Below, piece by piece: positions 1-13,760 of a DNA stretch of 64,000 nt. The notes beneath the pieces were generated by a model. That model worked only from the letters and a program-made list of their open reading frames with translations. It did not search any database and had not been told where the DNA came from. Origin of the DNA: Penicillus capitatus (lineage: Eukaryota; Plantae; Chlorophyta); NCBI GenBank assembly GCA_965649825.1, contig OZ287695.1, positions 1,035,081 through 1,099,080 of the forward strand. Reading direction: 5' to 3'. Every line of letters starts with the position of its first letter. Within the stretch, counting starts at the first letter, position 1. A program made the translations under genes and the position numbers.

Positions 1-1778
1 CTTCAGCTGAACATTCTGAATGGACAGGGTTTGATCCCGATAGAAAGGGTGCGGTATATGACTTGCAGGTTGGCGTTTAGGTACAAGTCTTCTGTGGCGT
101 ATAATCGGTCACATGGATTCCGGCAGCAAGAAGCATCCAGTTCTGCATCGACCGAATTCCGATCGCGCTTAAAGGTAGATGACGACATTGACGATCGATC
201 GGGCACCTTGTACCTGGTTGCAGGAATATGGAGCGGAGAACATTGGAGTGGAGACTGAGAATGGAATGCACGGATTGCAAATCGAACTTGGCAATTCGAA
301 CGTCCGGGCGCCAGTAGCCAGTGATCCTTCAACAGGGCGTCGAGATGAAACAGAGGAGGAAGACAGACCACCGCTCCCGTTGACAGCGCCATCTGTTGAC
401 ACCATTCAAAGGGATTTGTATCAAACCTCCAATCCGTTCAAACTGGACCGCAGATGGAACACCATGCAGCTGGTGGAGCTCGGAACGAACAGGCTCGCCA
501 ACCGGCGGCTACAGATACCGGAATCCAGTCAACACGACACCATCGTCGAAGAGGAAACCCAAGAGGTGACCCGATTTGCCTTCTGCTCCTGAACGCAAGT
601 CTGCGCTTCTAGACATCGGAAACATTGCCGAGGCAGACGTCCGCTCGTTTGGACGGCCCGGATTCGGCAAATAAATCTCCGCGCAAGAATGCCCCGGGAA
701 AGATCACCACCCTCCGTCGATATCTTGCTTCTCTCTGGGATGGGCTCCGCGAAGAACCCGGACGCTTTCGCTACGCTGTTTGGATCAAGGCTGCATTCCT
801 GACCAGCGTCATCGTCCTGATCTACAAATGCATTCGCACGATATCCATCGTTTACCGTCTGGCCGATCGCTACGCAGAGAACCGAGAGAGGTTCACCAGC
901 AACATCGATGCATTTGATCTGTTCTTGAAGAGCTCTGGGTGGTCGAACGGCATCGAGAGCATAGAGGAAACCACCGTCGTCAAGGTCTACCTCGTCCTGG
1001 ACGCACTGCTCGTCGACATGAAGATTTCGGCACTTGTTGGGTACTGTCTGGGAACTGCTGTTGGACTCTGGAGCCTTGCCGCCGTGCTGATGCAGTACAA
1101 ACACATGTCACTGTGCATCTCGGAAGGGCTGCGCGCCTTCCGCAGGGAAGACTCTGCACAACGGCACGGGATAAGTCCCTGGGCCTCGTTTCAGAAAAAG
1201 TACCCCATTATGGGCGCCTGCGTGTTTATGGCCATCCTCTCGAGCACGGCAGTCATTCAATTGCACATCGTTGGCGTTCTGTTCTCTATCCTGGTTGGAT
1301 TGATCATCAACTATTCGAAGATTGTGGTCTTGCTGGAACTGTTCGGACTCTACGTCCTTGCGTTGATTTTAGTGATCGTTATCGACATCGTGATCAAGCA
1401 GTTTCTCACGAAGTGGCTCATCTCGCCAGACGGTGCACGGATCAAACGTCCCCGCTGGTTTAATTTCTTCGTCCTCGTCCTCTCCATGGTGCGCTCTCTC
1501 CCTGACAGATCGCAAGAGTGTATATCCCACCTTGTGTGCAGGTCAATTTGGTCGTGGGCTTTTTATTGGCACTCTATAGACTGGTCTACCTGCTCATCAC
1601 AACTCTCGTCATTCTGAACCGACTGGACATCTGTCTGTTTACTGCTGGGAAAGCACTCGACAATGGACACAATGCTTTCATGTCCATGCTGGTGTTAACA
1701 GTGCTCGTGCAGGAAGATCGCGAAGCCTGTGCTGCCCAGTCACATCGTCGCTGTTCGGCTCAGCTGTCAAACATCTGA
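1..1778 (+). CDS. STRA6/RBP-receptor-like multipass membrane protein (multi-exon; 5' end uncertain, may extend beyond window)
   Basis: ORFs 179-592, 625-1617 and 1518-1778 join through GT-AG introns (e.g. ...TCCATG|gtgcgc...gtgcag|GTCAAT). The C-terminal part RIKRPRWFNFFVLVLSM-VNLVVGFLLALYRLVYLLITTLVILNRLDICLF...ALDNGHNAFMSML resembles, from memory, the STRA6 C-terminal TM region (NRR...LNVLVG...WRVL...GQMDLSLL...LDPGY). Confidence 0.6.
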
Positions 1779-1859
1779 ACGAAGGACGTTGAAAACGCAA
1801 CTCGCTGTTTCTTTCTGAACCAATAATGTTGCTGTTCTGTATGTGGTATTATACTGACA

Positions 1860-2886
1860 ACTCCTGACGCAAAAAACGGCATCGCTGGGTTCTACTGTAA
1901 GATGCGTTCGTCGCATCTGATCTTGTCTTTGAACTCCAAGGTCTTCTTCCGGATCTCTCGAGCCTGGGCGATGCGGTGTCGTTCGGGGGTCACGTTCCTG
2001 GGGAGCATCGGCAGCCGTACCTTGCCTGACGGCGTCGAGGTAAGACAGGGAAGACAACGCACTTGTCGCAGGGACCGGGGATGGCACTGAAATCTGGTGA
2101 GTCAGGACACACTGCGTCTGCGTAGCGATGCTGAGGTAGAACAGCATTCAGGCGTGCAGTTCATGGCAGTGCCTCTGCAAATAGCCATTGATTCTGTCGA
2201 ACACTTATGGATGGCGCAAAAGGGTCGCTGTAGCTGTTTGAAGTTTGGGAGAATTTAGCCAAGCTGACATATGCCCGTTGTGTCCAGTGAAGTAGCAAAG
2301 CCAATTCGTCGGTACTGTTCCAAAAGCATACCACACTTCTCTCTTACCGTTCACTAAATGTGCACATCGATCTGCTGCGTCCATCACTCGGATCTTTTTT
2401 TCGCAAACTTGTAAAAACAAAAGACTTAACACATAAGCGCATCGGCGCGATCATCCAAGACATCTACTAAAGAAAGGGACTGAATGTTTCGCATAACGAC
2501 AATAGAGATAAATTTCTGCATAACATGCATGTCTGCATAACATGCATGTCTGCCTTGCCTTGCGACGCTTTGGAGACTTCTCGAGTGAAGTCCGATTACT
2601 TCGAAACACAAACACCCTGGCCTTCCCCTGGTGTGTCATATAAGTTTTGCTCCATTTCGAGAGTCTTGCGAGCATCATAGACACCCTGACCCGTCCATGG
2701 TTTGTCGTACAAATCAAGCGTCACGTTGAGACACTTGAGACCAGGACAGCATAAAAGTATCTTGTCTTTCTTCATCTCCTCCCCACTACCGATGGTATTC
2801 GCGACATCTTCGTCATCGGCTCGATGGCGTGTCTCGGTAGACTCTTCTAGAGCGATGGGTGACTTGCCTAGTGTGCATACGTTCAT
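1860..2886 (-). CDS. Hypothetical multi-exon protein, family not recognised
   Basis: Several adjacent minus-strand protein-like ORF pieces (2596-2886, 2451-2717, 2426-2611, 2205-2432, 1767-2147) are separated by intron-sized gaps. Boundaries are approximate. Confidence 0.35.
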
Positions 2887-3465
2887 CTAGGTCAGCAAAC
2901 AATCGAGATGAGAGATCGGCGGTTGGCTGCGTGTTCGCAAAGAGAGGCAACAGAACGCACGATACGCTGACAGCCTTCATGGTAGGTGTGCCCGGAAGCG
3001 AGGTGCGCGAGGGTGATGGCCAACAAGAGGAGGGGAAGAAAGATAAACGATCGACGAAGCATGTTCGGCAAACTCAACAAGACAAAACAATTTGACAAAA
3101 AGCGGCTTTTATGTGCACACGGGCGGATAAGTGACTGGACCAAAATTTAAGTCCTCGCATTGTAGCCGTACTGCGTACTGTGATGCTTACGTCGTCATCC
3201 AACGACCGAGATAAATAGAATGGCTGGCAACCGTAAAAAATGTGTGACCTCTCACTCAATCTTGAATGATAATATTGTACGTATTACATGAAGAACATCC
3301 GTAGTCTCTTCTCAAATCAAACGAGCAGACGAACGAACGATGGACACACGACAAGGCGTGCTGTGTTAATCGCCGATGAGGGTTTCGGACACTTTACTGT
3401 TCGTGCCTCCATTTCCATTGCTGTAAAGAGAAGGTGGGCGATCCTGCACCAGACATGACCGCATC

Positions 3466-4645
3466 TCACAATATTCGTCCATGCTGACCTACCTGCTCAT
3501 GCATGAATTCTTGTGGAAGAAATCCAAAGTCCAGAAACACATCCAACGGAGGCATGGTCTTTGGGAAATGGTAGTTGATGAAGAGTTCGTTGCCCGGTTC
3601 AAGTTCTCGCGGAATGCCACAGTAGAATGAACCCACGTAAGTCATTGGCACTCGGTCGTCGGACATTAAGCTGCTAAAGAAGTGCAGATGAAGCTGGGTA
3701 GAAGGTGAGGGGTACATACCCAAGAGGTGGCATCGCTTGTGCGTTGTGATTGATGAGATCGACAATCGGAACCAATGAGCAATCCTCACCGTAGGCGCGA
3801 GAACGGACATGCCCCAAAGCCCATGTCAAGTCTTCGGTCTCCAGTCCCAGCACATCGCCATAGTCTTCGATGGCATCTTCAATTTCTTGTCGCTGATGTT
3901 CGGCATGAAATCGAGCTGTCTCCAAACAATCTTCCGATCCCGTGATGTGACTGGGCAGCAGAGCCACCTCGATCCGAAGATCCTTATCGGGAAGCAACCA
4001 GGCACAAGATGGCATCTCCGGCAGCGTCTCGATGTAGGATGCCCAGAATGAATCGGATCCTGCACAGCTAGATGAGCCAAGAGGCACGATGGTGTGCGTC
4101 AATCACCTTTTCTTTTTTCAAACGCAAGTAAAAGGCTTGTCTGAATCTTGTCCGAGAACTTCTCGAGGGGAGGTAGATCACAGAGATCCACAATGGGGTT
4201 CAATCTGCGTTGAGATACAGCAGCGTTTATTCGTAAACAATCTGGAACGGCGATGAGGGGACCGCTTCGCAAGTCACTTTGAATCACATCGGCTTTCGCA
4301 ATAATACCACTGTAGCAAACGCCACTCCTCATACGTTACACTTCCTGTACTTTACCGCGTCCCCGTTGCCACAGAGTATCCAATACTTAAGGAAGGATGG
4401 ACATAACCTCCAAAAAATTCGACCCACTTCAGCACGTTCTCAAAGGAGCTCTCGTCCACTCGACAGGAACCGTTGTTTCGCCATGCCGTGCCTGAGAAAT
4501 GGAGTGAGAATGGGCCGTCAGGTGATGGAGTACCTGAGAGAGTCGCTCGGGTCTGACTGCGTTGGCGCCGATGACGCTGTTGCGTTTGCGATCGTACTGC
4601 AGCCACGCGCGCAGAAGGTGTCGCGCGTAACGGAAGGGGCGACAT
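3466..4645 (-). CDS. SET-domain protein, Rubisco LSMT/SETD3-like methyltransferase, with probable transit peptide
   Basis: Motifs FWASYIETLP, WALGHVRSRAY, LVPIVDLINHN and ELEPGNELFINY...DFGF are spread over ORFs 4352-4663, 4099-4332, 3674-4102 and 3466-3810. Start is at 4645 or 4663. Confidence 0.85.
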
Positions 4646-4691
4646 TTTCAGCAAAAACTTCATAAATCACGATCCCGTTCTCCAGGCAATC

Positions 4692-5350
4692 ATGGCGACG
4701 ATTGTCGTCAAAATCTTCGCACTCGCTCTGCGCACGGCGGCTAAGCCACTGGGTCATCAGTTCCAACAATGGGCAATGCAGCATCCGAGTTTCCGGCAAA
4801 CGGCCATCTCCATTGCCCAAGTGCACCAGAGAACAATCCAAAGGAGCACTTTGCCAGAAGCTTTCCTGGCAGATGCTGCATCGAATGGAGGTCAATATCT
4901 CCAGAGGAGCAGCCGGCAAGGAATCCAAAGCATTCGTGGGACGCATGTCGGATGAGAAGGCTCTAGAGATGGCGGCCAAAGTCGTCAGCGAAGGATTTGT
5001 CTTCAGCGTAACGCCTCTTCGATCACAGCTAGATCTCAGCAACGGTCCTACGGTATAGGTTGGATCCGGATTGCTGATCTGGGAGTATCTGCGCAGTCAC
5101 AGAGCAGATCTGCAGAAGAAGCAAAACGAAGAAGAACGCGCGCGTCAGCTGCGACAACTGGCCCTCGAGGAAAGACAGGTGTCTAAGAAAACACTGACTT
5201 TTCTTTCAGCTCGACCTCAATGCCTCGTGTCATGGTCTGCAGTCTCTGTTGCAAGTGAACAGCGAGCAGACGCAGAGGATACAAGAACTGAAGATGCAAC
5301 TCGATCGACTAGAGGAGAGATTCAATGGATTCAGTGGAAAGAAACGGTGA
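4692..5350 (+). CDS. OPA3: OPA3-like mitochondrial protein
   Basis: N-terminus MATIVVKIFALALRTAAKPL, then MSDEKALEMAAKVVSEGFVFSV, LLIWEYLRS and a coiled coil. Three introns; stop TGA at 5348-5350. Confidence 0.85.
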
Positions 5351-5478
5351 CATTTTCGCGAAAGACGACATGGAATCGGCTGCATCTAGACCCCGTCGAT
5401 CGAGCGCGTTGCACGAATGGAATAGATGCGCATGAAAGAAGAGACAAGTGACGCGGCGTCGATGCGTTAAGCAAGTGC

Positions 5479-8400
5479 ATGATGAAGAAGAAGGTCGATG
5501 GGCGCATTCGTACACTCGTGGAGAACTGCGTGAAGCTGCGCCATCGTGCGCTGTTTGTGGTGATCGGTGACCGAGCGCACGATCAGGTGGTGAACTTGCA
5601 TTACCTGCTGTCCAAGACGCTCGAAACGACGCGTCCTTCTGTCCTCTGGTGCTACAAAACGCATCTGCATCTCAGCAGGTAAGCAGACAGCGCTCGAGAA
5701 GGCATGCGATTGAGAGGAAGCTGTCCTGAAGTCACAAGGCCAAACGACAGAAGCAGATTCAGAAATTGACGAACAAAGGGTTGCTGGATGCTTCGAAGGA
5801 TGACCCCTTTGCTGTATTCATTGCCTGTACCAAAATTCGCTACTGCTATTATCACGAGACGCACAAAATACTGGGAAACACCTTTGGTATGTGCGTCCTA
5901 CAGGTCCTGTTCCTTGTCCCCGTGGATGCGCTTTCGATATTCGGTTGACAGGACTTTGAAGCGCTCACGCCGAACTTGCTGGCGCATACGATTGAGACTG
6001 TGGAAGGAGGTGGACTGATTGTTCTCCTCCTGTCAAATCTGCAGTCCCTGACACAGCTCTATCAGTTGACCATGGACGTCCATTCCCGATTCAAGACAGA
6101 GTCGTTCAGTCACGTGACTGGTGAGGATGGAAAGACGACAGAGAAGGTGTGGTGCATCTGAGTGGTGCCTAGGGCATTTCAATGAGAGATTGGTTCTGTC
6201 GTTGGCATCGAATCCGTGTTGCATCCTGATGGATGATGAACTGAACATCCTGCCCATTTCTTCACATGTCAAAAACATCATGCCTATTGAATTGGGCGAA
6301 GATGGTCGTCTGGTCGATGACCCTTCGAATGCTGTGCAAGAGGAGTTGAGACAACTTGTGGCAGAGCACAAGGGGAAAGAGGTTTCCCAGACACTGCTGC
6401 AGTATCACTCATGTCGAGTGTTTTTTTCTAGCCGTTGGGATCTTTGGTAGCCAAGTGCCGCACGAATGACCAAGCCAAGGCATTGATTGCGTTTGTGGAT
6501 GCCGCCAGCGAAAAGACGCTGAGAAGCACCGTTGCATTAACAGCTGCCAGAGGACGCGGCAAAGTGCAGTTCCATGTATTGGGTGATGCATTCTGACCCG
6601 TCGGTTGTGCAGTCGGCAGCGATGGGCCTGGCCATTGCGGGAACCATTGCGATGGGATACAGCAACATCTTCGTCACGGCTCCATCCCCAGAGAATCTCA
6701 AGACACTGTTCGAGTTTGTCTGCAAAGGACTGGACGCATTGGACTACAACGAACACACAGATTACGATCTCGTAGCATCGACCAATCCAGCTTTCAACAA
6801 AGCGATCGTGCGCATCAATGTCTTCCGTCACCACCGCCAAGTTCGTGTCATCTGTGTGCAGAGGAGATCTGCAAATGCTGTGCTCGGTGTAGACGGTTCA
6901 GTATCTTTTGCCTCAGCATCACGAGCAGATGGGTCAGGCAGAGCTGGTGGTCATCGACGAAGCCGCGGCAATACCTTTGCCACTGGTGCGATCGATGCTG
7001 GGTCCATATCTTGTGTTCCTGTGTTCGACAATCAACGGCTACGAAGGCACTGGTCGGAGTCTATCGCTCAAGTTGATCAAACAGATCCGAGAACAGAGTC
7101 GTGGCACAAAAAAGCAGCAAGGGATGGGCAGAATGCTGAAAGAAGTCATCCTGGAGCATCCAATTCGGTAAGGCATTCTTTCCCAGTCAACAATCGCAGA
7201 CTGTTTAGCAGATATGCCCCGGGAGACAAGATCGAGACGTGGCTGAACGAACTGCTTTGCCTCAACTGCGCTGACCACATTCCATCCATTCCAGAAAAGC
7301 TGCCGCATCCAGATCAGTGCGATGTCTTCTATGTGGAACGCAGCACGCTGTTTTCCTTCCACAAGCAATCTGAGTTCTTTCTCCAGCAGATGATGTCGCT
7401 CTACGTCGCATCACACTATAAGAACACGCCTAATGATTTGGTTCTCATCAGCGATGCCCCAGCACATCGACTCTTTGTGCTTCTCGGTCCAATCGATCCA
7501 TCGATCGTATCTTTTTTTTCGGGAGAGGCTTTCTGTAAGGGGGTGCGTTTGTGCAGAATGCTCTTCCGGACGTGCTGTGCGTCATTCAAGTGAATCTGGA
7601 AGGTGGTATTTCGAAAAGGACAGCTGCATCGACGCTGGGCAGAGGAGCCTCTCCCAATGGAGATCTCATTCCGTGGACGATCGGTCAGCAGTTCCAGGAT
7701 ACGGCATTTCCGAGTCTCTCCGGAGCACGCATTGTACGAATTGCCGTTCACCCGGACTTGATCCGAGTGGGATACGGTTCCAGGTATAACTGCCCTCTCC
7801 TCCTGCACCTACTCCTCAACACCTCTGTTCCTGCTAAGAGCACTGCATCTGCTGGAGAAGTACTACGAAGGTGGGTTCTACGATGCCGATCAGGAGACAA
7901 CGATCGCGGATGCATCGGAGCAACGAGAAGACAAGACAGGCGCGACGCCTTCGAATGAAAAACGACTCCTGGAGGAAAGGATCACTCTTAAAGAAGATCT
8001 GCCTCCTCTGTTCGTCAATCTTTCAGACAGGTCTTGCCCCAAGCCCCACGTGGGCAATGCTGAATAGAGTTATAGGCGGCCTGAGAGGCTGGACTATCTT
8101 GGAACGTCCTTTGGATTGACGCTGGAGCTCTACAATTTCTGGCATAAGGCTGGATATTTGCCTGTCTACATCCGACAGACCAGAAGTGAAGTGACAGGAG
8201 AGCATACAGTGATCATGGTGAAGCCCATCAAAAGCGATGGCGAAGAAGTGACGTCCGATTGGATCCGTCCTTTCGTCTCCGATTTTCGCAGGCGGTTCTG
8301 TACATTACTTGGTTTGATGACACCTCCGTCATTCTTCTCTTCTATGACGATGTGTGACAGGGGGAGCATTCCGAGAGATGGATCCCGTGCTCGCCCTCAC

Positions 8401-9232
8401 CATTCTGAATCCCAAGCTCACGTTCACAGACAGAGAAACGGACCAGTGCATTGCCGATGGAATCGGTGTCCAACGTGGCGACGGATCGGCACTAGATGCC
8501 TACGATCTTAAGCGTCTTCAAGTCCGCCGTCATTTTGTGGCAAAATCGCTTAGACTCTGAAATTTTGTGCGTGTGGCAGTCTTACGCAAACAACCTGATC
8601 GACCATCATCTGATCCTCGATTTGGTGCCGTGTCTGGCACGGATGTATTTTTCGGCGAAGCTGCCGGTGGCGTTGTCCTATGGACAGGCAGTAATTTTGC
8701 TTTGTCTTGGGCTGCAGATGCGTGACATCAGTCACGTCGAGAAAGCGATGGATCTTCCACTGAACCAAGTCCTCGCCTTGTTCAGCAAAGCTGTGCGTCC
8801 TTCTATGTTCATCTCACCTTTACACATGCTCTTTAAGCGTAGATTCGCAAAATGCATGCTCTGCTGAGAAAAACAGCTGCCCCACCATCCACACAGCGAA
8901 TACTGCCGATGAAGCCGTTGCCGTTTTCAAGCGAGAGGGATGGGGAGAAATCTCCACGCGAAGATGTTTGCACCCTGTCATTGGCCGAGGCTCGTGACTG
9001 TTTTCTGCAGGTACCTGTCGAAGCCATTTCCAGAGATCTTGAGAAATTCAAAGTTGCCGACGTCGACATGGACACTCAGGATGTCGCCTTGTGCGAAGGG
9101 ACTGTCTTCAGCGTCAAGCGAAAAAGCAATACCGTATCCGAAGCACCATCTCTTCAAAAAGAATCCAAAGATCCGTCGAGAAAGAAAAAAAGAGCCAAGA
9201 AATTCAAAAACGCTCGACAACAGGATACCTAG
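5479..9232 (+). CDS. NAT10: RNA cytidine acetyltransferase (NAT10/Kre33)
   Basis: MKKKVDGRIRTLVEN, RPSVLWCYK, Walker A TAARGRGKSAAMGLA, STINGYEGTGRSLSLKL, YVASHYKNTPNDL, RIVRIAVHPD and a Lys-rich tail. Many ~50-nt introns. Confidence 0.97.
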
Positions 9233-9358
9233 TCATACCAAGCACCGTTTCCGTCCAATATCACACTTTGTCTCACTCTTTGCAAACAGTCAATGACGTC
9301 CACTAGACGGACCCATACAAGGATCGTCGTGCATCCCGATCCAAGCAACGACGCTTCT

Positions 9359-11085
<1,727 letters not shown>

Positions 11086-11695
11086 TTATACGACAACGAC
11101 GATGTGTGTCGTAAGCAACGGCGTTCTCCGGTCCTTCGCTGACCAGAGAATAGATTTGCCTAGGACCGGTGTGTGTGCCATTGCAGCTTCTGCTTCCCTT
11201 TCTCCTGGCCTACGCCCATCAGCGAGGATACTTGACGTGGTTTCACGCACAATGGCTCACTTTCGCTTACTGGAGAGTGAGAATCGGCAGGTCATTCGGT
11301 TCTCACTCTTTTTTCCAGTTGGTGTGACCTTTCTTGTCTGTTCAGCTTTTTTGGCTCCCACCCGGTGAAGCAACAAGAAGACCATGACACAAAGTGCTGT
11401 TGTCATACAGAGTTGCACTCCCATTCCAAAGCACGAGACAGTCATCTGTACTTAAACACTCAGCTGTCTTTTATAGGAGTCCACAACCACGGACATGGAG
11501 GGAGACGACAAAAAACTGGATTAGTCTACATTGCTGCAGCCTGTTGTCCGTTTTCTGCCTCTGCGGTGTATTTCATAAGATGGTGTCTCATCTCTTCAAC
11601 GTGGAGGCCTGTAAGGCCGTCGTCCAATTGTATATGGCAGACGCGGCAGGCTGCTATCCCTGTTATCATTCCATCATTGCTCACTCTCTTTTCAA

Positions 11696-12133
11696 TTAAT
11701 AATGACGCGACGTGGACCTGTAAAAGAAGAGTTTAAGGCCAATGCCCAGGACCAGAACAGAATCCGTCATGTCCTGCACAAGGTCTCGCACTTCCATCTG
11801 GTCCATCTTACACGTCAGCATCATCGTGACCTTACAGAATATCTGAGGATGATCATTTGACACCGAGAAGAGTACTTTGACGAGCTGATCCCTTGCCAGG
11901 ATCTTGGCTATGCTGCCCAGCACGTTGGGAGAGAATCCTTCTCGACCAATCGTGACGTTCGAGATCTCGTTGTAGAGTTCTCGCCGCATCGCCATGTTTT
12001 TGAGCTTCTGCTTCTCCTCGTACGTTAAGGGACGTTGATGTTTCGGCACACTGTGGCCTTGACGCTGATAAAAACGCCTCGCGATGTCGCGGAGTAAGGA
12101 ACCGATCGGAGAACTTCGACGGCGCAATAACAT
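11696..12133 (-). CDS. CRS1/YhbY (CRM) domain RNA-binding protein with Arg-rich organellar targeting peptide
   Basis: LTYEEKQKLKNMA...VTIGREGFSPNVLGSIAKILARDQLVKV...LVLGIGLKLFFYR matches the YhbY pattern. ATG at 12133. Confidence 0.75.
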   Translation of the reverse strand: MLLRRRSSPIGSLLRDIARRFYQRQGHSVPKHQRPLTYEEKQKLKNMAMRRELYNEISNVTIGREGFSPNVLGSIAKILARDQLVKVLFSVSNDHPQIFCKVTMMLTCKMDQMEVRDLVQDMTDSVLVLGIGLKLFFYRSTSRHY

Positions 12134-12158
12134 CGAACACGATACAATGGAAAGGACG

Positions 12159-13668
12159 TTACGTCTTGGCGACCATAGGCAAGACTTCGTTCGTCAACGG
12201 CTGATCTAACACAGCAAAAGGAGTGAGAAATGTGTGATATGAATGATGATAAGACCTGTAGCAAATTCTGTGATGTTTTGAATGGTCGTGTTAGCGATGT
12301 TGTTAAGGGCTTCATGCGTTAAGAAAGCGGAATGCGGTGTGATCAGTACATTGGGAAAGCTCTTTAGCGTATTGAATTTGCGATCCCACCACGCCATTCG
12401 CTTAGTAGAAGTGATTCTGGTGAAGTCTTTGAAAAAGAGATTGCCTGGAAAGAGTGAGATCACACTCTATTGCTATGAAAAGAGTGAGAGAGGTCACCTT
12501 CGTTGCCATAGACATCCATAGCACATCCAGCAATGTGGCATTTTTCGAGCGCCCCGATAAGAGCATCAGTGTCAACCAAACCACCCCGACTTACATTGAT
12601 CAAAATGGATGACGGCTTCATCAACTCCAATCTAACACGATGGTCACTCTTTTCGATCGGAGGGACAGAACTCGTCTATGCACAGGCACCTACCTTTCTT
12701 CATTGATGATGTGAAAGGTCGACGGATTGAGCGGACAATGCAGAGAGACAATGTCGGCGACTTCCATCAATTCGTCCATCGAGACGTACTCGACACCCAT
12801 CTGACGACATTCCTCCTTCGGATAGAGGTCATAGGCCAGGACCCGACATCCAAATCCCTAAACGCAGTTCGTTGCATACCACAGTGTTCGATCGATGGCG
12901 ATGATGTGACCTTCATGATGGAACAGAAGGCAGTACCTATTGCGCCCGTTCCAATGACACCGACCGTCTTTTCATACATCTCCATGCCTTCGAGCCCAGA
13001 CAGGGTGTAGTTTCCATGCCAGACACGGTTGTATGCTAAGTGGATCGATCTGTGTGGCAACGGGAGGCATTGAGAGTGGACAGCTACTGTGGTATCTACC
13101 GATTGAGCGCCATTAGCAAGGCGACGGCGTGTTCTGCGACGGAGTGCGGGGCGTAGGTTGGCACCCTTGCGATTTTTATTCCGAGGTTGGCGGCGTAATC
13201 GACATCGACTCGGTCATAGCCGGCACAACGCAGAGCGATCAGTTTGACACCTCCCGCGTTCAGTGCATCCAATACCTTCAGTCACTCTTCTCACTGTCTT
13301 CCGATGAAATCGATATGGTACTTCGCTATCGACGGTGTCATTGACGAAGCAGATGATGGCATCGTGTTTTTCGGCCAAAGCTGCTGACGACTTGTCCAGG
13401 CGTGGCTGGAGACAAAGTATGTGATGAGAGTAACCGTCGTGATGTGACGTGCCGTGAGCATGGTAGACTTTGGAAATGCTGCTTTGAGAGGTGCCTCGAG
13501 GAAATTCAGGACATAAGGCCTGGCCGAGAACGCAGCGACGCGGAAATCGGCGACATTCGCGATCCCATTCCCCGTTGCTTCGCATACGATGCGTTTCTTT
13601 GACGAAGTACGACGCGATAGCGCCGCATAGCACCCTCGGTGATTCGGCAGACGGGCTGCGATGCGCAT
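12159..13668 (-). CDS. D-lactate dehydrogenase (D-isomer 2-hydroxyacid dehydrogenase)
   Basis: VAAFSARPY, AIICFVNDTVD, YNRVWHGNYTLSGLEGMEMYEKTVGVIGTGAIG, NVLITPHSAFLTHEALNNIA. Last exon DQPLTNEVLPMVAKT* has its stop at 12161-12159. Confidence 0.92.
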
Positions 13669-13760
13669 CGTTATGATGATCCACTACCACGTCTTTTCAT
13701 CGATGTCCACGTCATGTCTTGATATGTTCGCCACGTCCGTCTGTGGTGTCGCTTTTCGAG

